DNA from: Desulfatiglandales bacterium
GTDB lineage: Bacteria; Desulfobacterota; DSM-4660; Desulfatiglandales; Desulfatiglandaceae
Direction of reading: 5' to 3'
Length of the DNA: 64,000 bases
NCBI GenBank assembly: GCA_963662465.1
Contig: OY759599.1
Location: forward strand, 3,552,001 to 3,616,000
In this document: piece by piece, positions 32,576-41,860 of the stretch
Layout: each line of letters starts with the position of its first letter
Position numbering within the stretch: the first letter of the stretch is position 1
The notes under the pieces: generated by a model
The model's input: the letters and a program-made list of their open reading frames with translations, nothing else
The model's database searches: none
Told to the model about the DNA's origin: nothing
Position numbers and translations under genes: made by a program

Positions 32576-32785
32576 CTATTTGTCTATGTCATAGTCGTCC
32601 GGTAAATTCAGGAGGCCTCCCTTCGCCAATTGATCCTCAATCAAATATCCAATTTCCCCGTTTTTTTTCAGCTGTAGAATCATCCATTTGGGGAGACGAA
32701 TGGTGAGCAGTTCACGTCTCAAATGTTCCGGTTTCTTTCTTCGGCCGGCGCCTACCCGTTTTCCACCTCTCATTTCAAGCTCCAA
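32576..32785 (-). CDS. Small hypothetical protein, possibly DNA-binding
   Basis: RGGKRVGAGRRK...LTIRLPKW; lies inside the IS21-like element. Confidence 0.5.
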   Translation of the reverse strand: MELEMRGGKRVGAGRRKKPEHLRRELLTIRLPKWMILQLKKNGEIGYLIEDQLAKGGLLNLPDDYDIDK

Positions 32786-32871
32786 GACAAGGTAATTTCT
32801 GATATTCGTGTAACGAGATTCAAACAGACCGGTGATATTCAGACCTCAAAACCGGCCCTTTGGCGAACATC

Positions 32872-33591
32872 TCATTTTCTGAGGGAAGGACCATCAATAT
32901 GAATGTTGATGCAGCGATGGTTGAGACGATCCAGCAAGGCATCGACCATGTCCTTTGGTTCAAGCAGCGAATACCATTGTTCAGGTTGAAGATTGGTCGT
33001 AATAATTGTGGACCGACCGGCTTCATAGCGATCTTTCATGAGTTTAAAAAAGGCGTTCATCTGCTCTTTTTTGAGGGTCAGGTATCCCAGTTCATCGAGC
33101 AGAAGCAGGTCATATCTGCAAAGGGCATTGAGGAGTTTCGGGGTGGACCGATCTGCCAAAGACGCATAGAGCTGATCCAGCAAATCCTGAACATTATAAA
33201 AACGCCCCCGGTACCCGGCAATAATGGCTTGACGAAGGATCCCCACGGCCAATCCCGTTTTGCCGACGCCGGTTTTTCCATGGAACACGATGTTTTCTCT
33301 TCGGCTGATAAAGTCAAGGCCGGACAACGTCATGATCCGGCTCTTCTGTATTCCCGGCTGAAGATCAAACGGAAAGGAGTTGAGGGTCCATTCCCATGGA
33401 AGCTTTGCAATCTGGACCCGATAGATCATGCTGCGCTCCTGCCGGAAACGTAATTCCTCAGCCAGGAGATTGTAGATGACCTCGTGAATGGAAAAACCGT
33501 TCTTTTCAGCCGAAGCCAACTGTTCTTCGAGAGCCTTCAGCATGCCTTTAAACTTCAAATCAATGAGTAACTGTTCAATTTTCTTTTTCAT
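32872..33591 (-). CDS. istB: IS21-family helper ATPase IstB
   Basis: GKTGVGKT Walker A, LLLLDELGY Walker B, IITTN, ALLDRL, GPSLR. Confidence 0.93.
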   Translation of the reverse strand: MKKKIEQLLIDLKFKGMLKALEEQLASAEKNGFSIHEVIYNLLAEELRFRQERSMIYRVQIAKLPWEWTLNSFPFDLQPGIQKSRIMTLSGLDFISRRENIVFHGKTGVGKTGLAVGILRQAIIAGYRGRFYNVQDLLDQLYASLADRSTPKLLNALCRYDLLLLDELGYLTLKKEQMNAFFKLMKDRYEAGRSTIITTNLQPEQWYSLLEPKDMVDALLDRLNHRCINIHIDGPSLRK

Positions 33592-34970
33592 AGATCAAAA
33601 AAGTCTCCCGCGATATAATCGAGAATAATGTTTTCCAGACGCGACAAATCAAAAAGTCCATATTTAAGCGCCTGTGTTATGGCTTTCAAAAAAGGTTCCC
33701 CGGGATAAGTGCGTTTCAGATGAAGCAACCGACGTAACTTGACCACACCGCGACCGTGACTTCTTTTCTTCAGTTCAGCCACATACTCATCCAGGATGGC
33801 ATCCTCTCCCGTCAACAGCTGTTCTTCTTTTGAAGGGATTCGGGGATCTTTTTTTCTTCGAATGGGAACATGGTGACCGGGCAGGGTTGTTCGGGTGTTG
33901 CGTTTATCCAGTATGCGGTCATGTTCCGCCACTTTTGTGTTTTTGTCGTAAACGATGACCTTGAGCCAATGTTTCTGTACTTCCAGGGAGTTCCCAATCA
34001 GCGCTTCAGGGACTGAATAGCGGTTGGTGTCCAAGTGCACATATCCCTGAACATCGGCTACCCTGTGTTCTGCCACATAGACTGGCGGCTGGTATGCCGG
34101 TAAATCAATGAGATATGGCTTTTCAATGACATAGGCCTCATCCGGCGTCATCCCTAAAGCCCGTTTAAACTTTTTATCGCTTGTATTCCGGCACCAGTCG
34201 ATTGCCTGCCGGTTCAAATCCTGCCAGCTAACAAATGTTCTACCGGGAAGAAAATTGTTTTCCACAAAATGAAAAGGCCTTTCCACACGGGCACTTCGAT
34301 TGGCGTCTCCTACAGCATGGGCCTCAAACCGGGTTCCATACATATCGCCGAAGTATTTCATTTCAGGCGCAATCAATGCATCAGGCCCGGTGCCGCCGGC
34401 CACAATAACATTGGTGTTGTCAACCATGCACCGGGAACACACCCCGTCCATAAACTCGAATGCTTTTTTTAGGAAAACCTTGCACTCAAACCGGGTAAAA
34501 CAGGGGTAATACTGAATAAAAATCCTTCGGCAAAAGGCCAGGGTCAGGGACGCGCACTGGGTCGACATTTTTTTCCCATTAATGACAACCAGATGGGGTG
34601 ACGTATCATGCTGCATCTCCTGACCGGGTTTAAAATGGTATTGGCCCGCCCGTCTTTTTTTACGTTCCCGGATCTCGTACTTTCTCATAATCCAGGTCAG
34701 ACTCTGATAAGGGATTTTGATCTGTTGGCGGCTTTCCAGTTCCTCGGCTACTCGCACGGCATTTCCTTTACATTCCTTGAAAAGCTCGCGGATCAACGGG
34801 ACATGTTCTTCATACCGGGAGTTCCTTTGGGGTACCGCCTCTTCGTCATGATCATCTAAAACCTTCGTGACGGTATTGCGACCGGCCTTCAGGGTTTTGG
34901 CGATGTCGCGCAAACTCATGCCGGTTTTTTTCAATTCCACAATGGCATCTTTTTTGGATTGTCGGATCAT
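33588..34970 (-). CDS. istA: IS21-family transposase IstA
   Basis: N-terminal HTH, PGQEMQHD, VDN, SARVER, NRYSVP; overlaps istB by 4 nt. Confidence 0.9.
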   Translation of the reverse strand: MIRQSKKDAIVELKKTGMSLRDIAKTLKAGRNTVTKVLDDHDEEAVPQRNSRYEEHVPLIRELFKECKGNAVRVAEELESRQQIKIPYQSLTWIMRKYEIRERKKRRAGQYHFKPGQEMQHDTSPHLVVINGKKMSTQCASLTLAFCRRIFIQYYPCFTRFECKVFLKKAFEFMDGVCSRCMVDNTNVIVAGGTGPDALIAPEMKYFGDMYGTRFEAHAVGDANRSARVERPFHFVENNFLPGRTFVSWQDLNRQAIDWCRNTSDKKFKRALGMTPDEAYVIEKPYLIDLPAYQPPVYVAEHRVADVQGYVHLDTNRYSVPEALIGNSLEVQKHWLKVIVYDKNTKVAEHDRILDKRNTRTTLPGHHVPIRRKKDPRIPSKEEQLLTGEDAILDEYVAELKKRSHGRGVVKLRRLLHLKRTYPGEPFLKAITQALKYGLFDLSRLENIILDYIAGDFFDL

Positions 34971-35851
34971 AATTGGGTCGCTTTCTTGAGTTCCAGTGCT
35001 TGTTTTTCTATCTTTTTCACCCAGGTTTTGAGCGTTTGTTTCTTCAACTGATCGCTTTTTGGGTAATGGACATGCGAAACGGTTTTCACCAGACGTTTGA
35101 GAACCGCATATGCCATTTCAATATCCTTGAACCATTTGCCTTCCGGTCCATCATGAACTTCTTTGGCTTGTTTAGACTGGGTTCTTTGTTCGAGAACTTT
35201 TATGAAAAGGGATGGATTTTCCAGCATGTGGTCTCGAACAGACCGGTTGCTTTTCTGGTAATGTGCGTAGAAACGGGCCAGTTCCCTTGTGGATAGAGGT
35301 TCTTTTTCCAGGTGGGCCAACAGTTTTTGTGCGTCTTCACCGTTGGCGCGCGCCAACGGCGCCATGACACGGCCGGCAGCCCAGGTTGAAAGTGAGCCTG
35401 CAATCACGGTTCTCAAAATATTTTCCGGCAGGGCTTCAACCAGGTCCAGCCGCCGTTTTACAAAACTCTTGTCGCGCCCTATTCGGGTTGCAATATGGGA
35501 GAGGCTGCACCCAAAACGCCGATGTAATTCCTGAAGTAAAACAGACTGCTCAATGACTTCCCATTGCCGTTCATTGGCCTTGGTTAAAAGCGAAAACATG
35601 GCATTTTGTTCGTTTTCTTTTGAGAATTGGACACATATCCGGTCCTTTCCACAAGCACAAAGCGCTCGAACACGCAGGTAGCCATCAATCAGAATCAGTT
35701 TGTCTTTTTCTTCAATAGCCAGGGCCGGAACGATCTGCCCGTAAGTTTCGATGGAATCCCTCAATCGCTTTAAAGCCTGGTGATTCATTATCCGGCAATG
35801 AGCGTAACGCAACTCCAGCAAATGAATATCAACGGTTCGGATGGATTCCAT
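34967..35851 (-). CDS. ParB N-terminal-domain + HTH protein
   Basis: LRDSIETYGQIVP...LIDGYLRVRAL (ParB/Srx box), then HTH SLSHIATRIGRDKSFVKRRL; overlaps istA by 4 nt. Confidence 0.8.
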   Translation of the reverse strand: MESIRTVDIHLLELRYAHCRIMNHQALKRLRDSIETYGQIVPALAIEEKDKLILIDGYLRVRALCACGKDRICVQFSKENEQNAMFSLLTKANERQWEVIEQSVLLQELHRRFGCSLSHIATRIGRDKSFVKRRLDLVEALPENILRTVIAGSLSTWAAGRVMAPLARANGEDAQKLLAHLEKEPLSTRELARFYAHYQKSNRSVRDHMLENPSLFIKVLEQRTQSKQAKEVHDGPEGKWFKDIEMAYAVLKRLVKTVSHVHYPKSDQLKKQTLKTWVKKIEKQALELKKATQL

Positions 35852-36248
35852 ACCCAGTCTCCCGAAAGATTTCCTCTATGGTTTCTCCAAGACTGACCCA
35901 ATTTCCTTGCCGGATCTCCTTTACCTGTTTCACAATCACAGGACGTCTGGGAAGCGAAAGAACCTGAAACAGACGGCCATCAAACCCAATCAGATCCTTG
36001 TCCAACAAGCCATCGCGGGCATCGATATATTGATCCAAATGCACCTTTAAAATCCGGCAGATTCTGTCGTAACCATAATAAGAGAGCCCGTTTTTGTCAG
36101 ATACCAACACCAGAAAAATGTAGAGCAGCAGCTCATGATGATTCAGGCTCTCCCAAAAGCCGTTTCTCAAAAAACGATGCTCCAGAAAGCCGAAGCTTCC
36201 ATTGATGACACGCACTCTTTCGGGAAAAAGGACTCTTTTTTTGATCAT
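35829..36248 (-). CDS. Hypothetical winged-helix-like protein
   Basis: ELLLYIFLVLVSDKNGLSYYGYDRICRIL; SD AGGAG; overlaps the ParB gene. Confidence 0.65.
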   Translation of the reverse strand: MIKKRVLFPERVRVINGSFGFLEHRFLRNGFWESLNHHELLLYIFLVLVSDKNGLSYYGYDRICRILKVHLDQYIDARDGLLDKDLIGFDGRLFQVLSLPRRPVIVKQVKEIRQGNWVSLGETIEEIFRETGYGIHPNR

Positions 36249-36260
36249 TTTTTTCTCCTG

Positions 36261-36677
36261 TCATGGATATGGGGTTTTCTCAAAGCCTGTTACATCTGAA
36301 AAAACCCTCCCTGCATAAGCACGGCGAGGAAAATGGTCCACAACAACCCCGATCGACCCGCAAAAAAGACAGCTGGGTCGGTTCCCCGACCGCTTTTTGG
36401 GTTCAATATCACAGTCTTTTTGAGGTGTTGAACTATCATCACCAGGGTTCAGTCCATTTTTTTTGGATTTTTTTGTTTTTTCGTACAAACGACGGCGCTC
36501 TTTCCCTTTTTTCGAATTGCGGTATTTCCCCTGAGCTTTCCGGTGCAGCTGTCTTTGGCGTATCCTGCGACATCGTTCCCCACAATAGGCCTGGCCACGC
36601 CAACACGACCGACAGACGTGAAAAAAGCAACCACAACATCGGCATTGAACCACTCTTAAAAGGACATCTCCCATCAT
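36261..36677 (-). CDS. Cys-rich basic hypothetical protein, putative Zn finger
   Basis: CRCCGCFFHVCRSCWRGQAYCGERCRR and CLFCG. Confidence 0.55.
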   Translation of the reverse strand: MMGDVLLRVVQCRCCGCFFHVCRSCWRGQAYCGERCRRIRQRQLHRKAQGKYRNSKKGKERRRLYEKTKKSKKNGLNPGDDSSTPQKDCDIEPKKRSGNRPSCLFCGSIGVVVDHFPRRAYAGRVFSDVTGFEKTPYP

Positions 36678-36753
36678 TCCGGCCTTGCAATTGGCCGGAA
36701 ACACACTTATATAAAATTGGCGTGTGTGTGGCTTCCGGCTCTATCCGGTGGTC

Positions 36754-36789
36754 AAAAAAGAAGGCCCGAAGCGGCTACTTCGGGCCTTC
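36754..36789 (-). terminator. Rho-independent terminator upstream of the IS21-like operon
   Basis: Minus strand GAAGGCCCGAAG-tagccg-CTTCGGGCCTTC-TTTTTT (12-bp stem plus U-run). Confidence 0.75.
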
Positions 36790-37776
36790 ACCATCCATTC
36801 TACAAAGTAAATCGCATTTCCACTTAACCAAGCCTCTGTCTTGGAAGAAGAAAACCAAATCCAAAGAAAATAGATTTTATAAAAATTTATTGAAAAGTAA
36901 ATCTACATCAACGACTCCTTTGCCGCCACTTATGGATCCCTCATCGTCCGCTATACCTGAGGGCCGTACTCACCGGCGGTGACAGCCAATGGTTCAATTT
37001 CCATTAGCAAACTTGGTTCAGTTTTGATTAGCGTTGAAGCCGTGCTGCTTTATTCGATGAGCTGCGAAATCAATTGCGGTTGGCAAAAGAACTCCCGGAT
37101 AAGGAATCAATAGAAGACCTTAACGAGATGCGGTATCAGTTTGAAACATGGACGACTGCCCTTAAAGATCGCCGGCCAAAACGAGGCCCGGGAAAAGATA
37201 TTCGGGAAGCTATTGATATTATAATCAAACATATTGACACGCATGGTGATAGTCTTTGGGGGCACAGCATATGTTTGCCGGAAAGAACAGGCGGCGGCAT
37301 ACGGCTTATGAGTCGAACCAACGAACTGCTCGAAAACTTCTTTGGAACAATGAAGCATGGAGAACGACGGCGCAGTGGACGGAAAAATCTTGGTCAGGAT
37401 CTGGAACATCTACCGGCAGAAGCGGCTCTGGCATATAATCTGGAACACGCCGATTACGTCAATATAGTTTGTGGATCGATCGATCAGCTTCCTCTTGCAT
37501 TCGCGCAATTAGATATGGAAAACCGGAATAGGAAGAATAAATGGCTGCCTTCCCAAGAAATTGTGAATCTTAAAAAAGAGCTTCAGCTTTCTACAGCATC
37601 TCTATCGACAGCAGATAGACGTTTGGTTAGGACGGATCAGATGAATCATCGCATCAAGAAAGCAGCCAGTAGCCGTGCTCCTCGCACATTGCAGTGAGGC
37701 TAAAGCTGCTGATGGATCCAACCGTATAATGACGCTTTAGAAAATGGGATATCCATAAGCAGGGGACTCAAATCCC

Positions 37777-38586
37777 CTATTCGATGATCTCTTTCAACAA
37801 ATCTCTGCTATCGAGCATCAACACCCATCCTTCGATTTCCCCATCGATTCTGAGGAGTGAAACCGTCATTTGAACAAAGGTGTTGTTCACGACAACCGCA
37901 AAGGATTTTCGTCTTAATTGCATGTTTTGCGCTACCGCTTTCAGCCCGAACAATATTTTCTTTTTTTCATTTGCCGGGAAAACCGTGGTGATGCGACGCG
38001 ACAGCAGATTTGAAAACGGTTGGTTCAGAATATCCAAACAGAGCGCATTCACAAAAACGATTCGGGCGTCTCTTTCAATGACGATGATGCCCATGCCCGC
38101 ACTTTCAACAATCCCCTGCTGGAAACTCAAAGACTCCAGCAAATCCACCGTCGCCTGCCTGCGAAAGACCTTCTCCTGATCAAACAGATCTCGATCCGTC
38201 AATGAAAGAAAGGGGGCGCCTTCAATGAATTCCATAAATCTGCCCACATAATCAGTCATTTTCTCAATGGGCTGTTTCTGAAAATAATAGTCCGCACCCA
38301 CATTTTTCTGCAACTCCCGCAGTTCGATAATGGAATCCGACATGCCAATAATGGAAAACTCGGCATCTGCATATTTCTCGCGAATAAAATGAATGAATTG
38401 TCTGCCGTCAATTCTGGGCATGAGAATATTGATGAAGATGTAATCCACCATTCGACTTTCCAACGCTGATATGCCCTGTTTGCCGTCATAGGCCTGAACG
38501 ACATCGTACCCCCGTTCCTTCAGCAACTCTCCAAGAAACTTCACAAAAAAGAAATCATTATCGACAATTAAGGCAGTTTCCGGCAT
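37777..38586 (-). CDS. Atypical response regulator receiver + PAS domain protein
   Basis: ALIVDND...INILMPRIDG (Asn where the phosphoacceptor Asp is expected); C-terminal PAS GIIVIERDARIVFVN. Confidence 0.75.
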   Translation of the reverse strand: MPETALIVDNDFFFVKFLGELLKERGYDVVQAYDGKQGISALESRMVDYIFINILMPRIDGRQFIHFIREKYADAEFSIIGMSDSIIELRELQKNVGADYYFQKQPIEKMTDYVGRFMEFIEGAPFLSLTDRDLFDQEKVFRRQATVDLLESLSFQQGIVESAGMGIIVIERDARIVFVNALCLDILNQPFSNLLSRRITTVFPANEKKKILFGLKAVAQNMQLRRKSFAVVVNNTFVQMTVSLLRIDGEIEGWVLMLDSRDLLKEIIE

Positions 38587-38646
38587 ATTGAACCTCGGTT
38601 TAATCGGAACCTATTGATCCCTGCAATTTTCTACCGCATTTGCGTT

Positions 38647-40986
38647 TTAGCTAATGCAAACGCGACGCACCTCGCTGATATCCGTCAGCCCTTTAAAAAC
38701 CTTCGAAATGCCATCCTGCGTCAAGGTTGTCATCCCTTCCTTCAACGCCTGGGCTAAAAGGACATCCAGGGGCGCTCGCTCTTTTATCAGCTGCTTAATG
38801 GGGGGCGTACCCTCCATGAGTTCATGAATCACGATTCGCCCCTTGTACCCGGTTTGTGAACAATCTTCACAACCCACCGGTTTATAAAGTAAAAGATCTT
38901 CGGAATATTCAATTCCCGTCTCTTTAAAATATTCAAGACCGTAATCCTTGGCAATCTCCTCAAAGACTTCCCTGGAGGGATGATACGCCTTTCGGCAGGA
39001 GAGACACAACCTTCGAATCAACCGCTGGGCTAGAACGCACAGAAACGCGTCTGAAAAATTAAGGGTGTTCAACCCCATATCCAGCAATCTGGCGACGGTC
39101 TCCGGCGCGCTGTTGGTGTGCAATGTCGAGAACACCAGATGTCCCGTCAACGATGCCTCCACGGCAATGGATGCGGTCTCATAATCCCGCATTTCACCGA
39201 TCATAATCACATCGGGATCCGCTCGCAGAAAGGCACGCATGACCCGGGCAAAATCGAGACCAATTTTGGGTTTCACCTCCACCTGGCTCATACCCGGCTG
39301 GGTGATTTCAACGGGATCCTCAGCCGTCCATATTTTAATGCCCGGTTGATTGATGACCCCAAGCGCCGCATGCAGGGCGGTGGTTTTGCCGCTTCCCGTT
39401 GGGCCTGCCGCCAATATCAAGCCGTGGGGCTGATGGATGGTTTTTTTGAGGACCTGAAGGTTTCGGTCGTTGAGACCCATATCCTCCAACTTCATGGCGC
39501 CGGGATCGGCCAGTATCCGCAGTGCAGCGGACTCAAAACCGCCCGTGGTGGGAAGGGTGGCCAACCTCAATTCAAACGGACGAATGCCTTTCCGGTTGAA
39601 TTTTATTTTTCCATCCTGGGGCAGCCGTTTCTCCGCAATATCCAAACCCGCCATAATCTTGATCCGGGACAGCATTCCCCTGGCCATACTGATGGGCGCC
39701 TCGATATAATTTTGGCAAACCCCGTCCGTTCGAAAACGGATATGGGTCTTTTTTGAAATAGTGGAGGGTTCGATATGAATATCCGATGCGTTATTCCGAA
39801 AGGCAGTGACGAAAACCTGATCAATCAATTTAACGATTTTACTTGAAGACTCGTCAAGCGTATCCTCTACCTCTTCTTCCACCTCTTCCTCAAAGCTGAC
39901 AAAGGACATCATATCCAGCTCTTCGAGCATATCATCATCAGGCTTTTCAGGTTTATTTTCAAAAAAATGTTGAATAAATCGCTCAATATCCTCCCTGATA
40001 CCCACCGAAAACTCAATCCGGTTGGCTTTCATCAATCCGGTGACCTGATCGATTTTCCTGAGATCCCTGGGATCATCCATGAGAATTTCCAAGCCCTTTT
40101 TGCCCCAGCTCAGGGGAACCCATCCGGCGTGTAACAGATAGGGCTGTTTTAAATTGCTGATGATCTCGACCGGAACCGGTAAATCCGCATCAAAACTTCG
40201 AAAAGGGCAATCATAGAATTCCGAAAGGGATTTCCCGATGGCATCCCGGCTGATTTTGAAATGATCGATCAGCACGAATTCCACGCTTTTGTCCATTTTT
40301 TTGGAAAGGGTCAACGCCTGTTGAAGCTGGGAAATCGTTACAATCCGCTGTTTGAGAAGATAACTGTACCTCGACCCCGGAGCAACCGCCGACATGCCGA
40401 GTTTAAGTTTCTGTGCGATCTCCCGGTTGGCGGGGTCCAGCTTAGAAGCGGATTTGAATTGCGACAGCGCCAGGTCCTTGTGCCCTCCGTGTTCCAGTTG
40501 AAGCCCCAGCGAATAATGAATCTGGGCCAGCTGCGAACCCTGAAGGCCCAGCTTGTGGACGGCCTTAAAGACCCTTTCCACGGCCTTATCCGGAGAAACC
40601 AGATTCAGCAGGCATTCCACAAAATCCGGAATAATTTTGATCACCGGATAATCTGTTTCAAACAGCTTTTCATATTCAGAGATAGACTCATTCATCAGAC
40701 CCAGTTGCTTGAAGGCCAGTGCATTATCCAGTATGCCGCTTTGCCCATCCACGGCAATGGCTTCCTTGATGACCGAAATATCCTCCTGGGAAATCTCGGG
40801 GACGTACCTTTCCTGACTGCCCATTTCCTTCTTCAGAACCCGAACCGTTCCGAGGATAATTTCCATACGGTCGGGTGCAAGCTTCGGCAGCACCGCCAGA
40901 ATTTCATCGTAAACAATCAAGGATTCCTTAAGCAACCCCATGGACCGATAAATTTCAGCTTCTTTTATTCTGATATCAACATCCAT
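38647..40986 (-). CDS. GspE/PulE/PilB-family secretion ATPase with N-terminal TPRs
   Basis: ASDIHIEP, DIAEKRLPQDG, GPTGSGKTT, AEDPVE, LRADPDVIMIGEMRD, TGHLVFSTLHTN, CxxC...CxxC. Confidence 0.92.
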   Translation of the reverse strand: MDVDIRIKEAEIYRSMGLLKESLIVYDEILAVLPKLAPDRMEIILGTVRVLKKEMGSQERYVPEISQEDISVIKEAIAVDGQSGILDNALAFKQLGLMNESISEYEKLFETDYPVIKIIPDFVECLLNLVSPDKAVERVFKAVHKLGLQGSQLAQIHYSLGLQLEHGGHKDLALSQFKSASKLDPANREIAQKLKLGMSAVAPGSRYSYLLKQRIVTISQLQQALTLSKKMDKSVEFVLIDHFKISRDAIGKSLSEFYDCPFRSFDADLPVPVEIISNLKQPYLLHAGWVPLSWGKKGLEILMDDPRDLRKIDQVTGLMKANRIEFSVGIREDIERFIQHFFENKPEKPDDDMLEELDMMSFVSFEEEVEEEVEDTLDESSSKIVKLIDQVFVTAFRNNASDIHIEPSTISKKTHIRFRTDGVCQNYIEAPISMARGMLSRIKIMAGLDIAEKRLPQDGKIKFNRKGIRPFELRLATLPTTGGFESAALRILADPGAMKLEDMGLNDRNLQVLKKTIHQPHGLILAAGPTGSGKTTALHAALGVINQPGIKIWTAEDPVEITQPGMSQVEVKPKIGLDFARVMRAFLRADPDVIMIGEMRDYETASIAVEASLTGHLVFSTLHTNSAPETVARLLDMGLNTLNFSDAFLCVLAQRLIRRLCLSCRKAYHPSREVFEEIAKDYGLEYFKETGIEYSEDLLLYKPVGCEDCSQTGYKGRIVIHELMEGTPPIKQLIKERAPLDVLLAQALKEGMTTLTQDGISKVFKGLTDISEVRRVCIS

Positions 40987-41239
40987 TTTCCACTCTCACA
41001 AAATTCAAAACGATCAGCACACTGTGATGAGACTAAAAAAACCGCCAATCTGTGTCAAGATTTAAGTTCCGGCGATGCACTTTACAGAAGTTGCTTGACG
41101 AGCTTTGTTTTTTTTGCATATGCTTTTACCCGGATTCCGTGCCATACTTAGGTTTGGCACCAAACTTGCTTATTCAATACCAAAATTAAAAATATTATGA
41201 TATTCATTGATAAATTGAGAAAATTCGGAGTGCGATTAC

Positions 41240-41845
41240 ATGGCCAACCTTAACTTTAAAACCAAAGAGATGGAATGCAAAATCGTGTTCTATGGTCCCG
41301 GAAGGGGCGGAAAAACCACAAACCTGGAATATATTTTCAAAACCTACCGAAAACAAACCACCGGAGAAATGATTTCCATCAATACAAAGGGAGACCGTAC
41401 CCTCTTCTTTGATTTCCTCCCCCTGAAACTCGGGAAAATACGCGGGTACGACGTACGGGTGAAACTTTACACGGTTCCCGGACAAGTGCGGTATGATGCC
41501 ACCAGAAAAGTTGTTTTGAGAGGCGTTGATGGGTTGGTCTTTGTGGCCGATTCCATGCTTCTCAGGCGTGAACACAACATTTTATCTTTGCAGAACCTTC
41601 AAAAAAACCTTGGCGGATACGGCTTGAAAATTTCGCAAATCCCACTGGTTTTGCAATACAACAAAAGGGATCTGGCAAAAGACGGCATTCGCCTTTTGTC
41701 CGTTGAAACCCTGGAACAGGACCTGAACAGACAATTGAAAGTCCCCTCTTTTTCCGCCAGCGCCTTCAATGGTCAAGGCGTGGGCGCCACCCTGAAAGAG
41801 TGCCTGAAGCTAACCCTGGAATCCCTCCAAAACACACTGGCGTAG
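41240..41845 (+). CDS. mglA: MglA-like small GTPase
   Basis: KIVFYGPGRGGKTTNL, DRTLFFDFLP, LYTVPGQV, QYNKRDL. Confidence 0.85.
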   Translation: MANLNFKTKEMECKIVFYGPGRGGKTTNLEYIFKTYRKQTTGEMISINTKGDRTLFFDFLPLKLGKIRGYDVRVKLYTVPGQVRYDATRKVVLRGVDGLVFVADSMLLRREHNILSLQNLQKNLGGYGLKISQIPLVLQYNKRDLAKDGIRLLSVETLEQDLNRQLKVPSFSASAFNGQGVGATLKECLKLTLESLQNTLA

Positions 41846-41860
41846 AGAGGAAACAATGGT

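Larger units (their letters stand above)
32315..37039 (-). mobile_element. IS21-family-like complex element (about 4.7 kb) with ParB-like and accessory ORFs; TSD (G)CCGTGCT
   Basis: Ends CTTGGGCGCTAACCAAAATGGAACCA and reverse complement CTTCAACGCTAATCAAAACTGAACCA, with subterminal repeats; TSD at 32308-32314 and 37040-37046. Confidence 0.85.
29525..37697 (+). pseudogene. ORF B DDE transposase of the outer IS, split in three (29525-30526, 32105-32314, 37047-37697; about 620 aa)
   Basis: QVDATG, MRDLG, CHQHFL (CxxH), RTNELLENFF; the junctions rejoin as DYKAD|LSGLDF and LHRRA|ALFDEL. Confidence 0.8.
28582..37736 (+). mobile_element. Outer two-ORF IS of unassigned family (about 2.85 kb when empty) carrying two nested IS
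   Basis: TIR AGCGTCAGGATACGGTTGGATTCA versus right reverse complement AGCGTCATTATACGGTTGGATCCA; the transposase reassembles in frame after removing the inner elements. Confidence 0.85.

Noticed and set aside
28563..37752. GCTTTATAAAATGGGCTAC / GCTTTAGAAAATGGGATAT as a TSD of the outer IS
   Set aside because: Three mismatches in 19 bp and partial overlap with the right TIR; not a clean duplication.
40261..41151. 296-aa plus-strand ORF (and similar long antisense ORFs such as 11495-12307 and 57738-58598)
   Set aside because: Shadow frames opposite well-supported genes.
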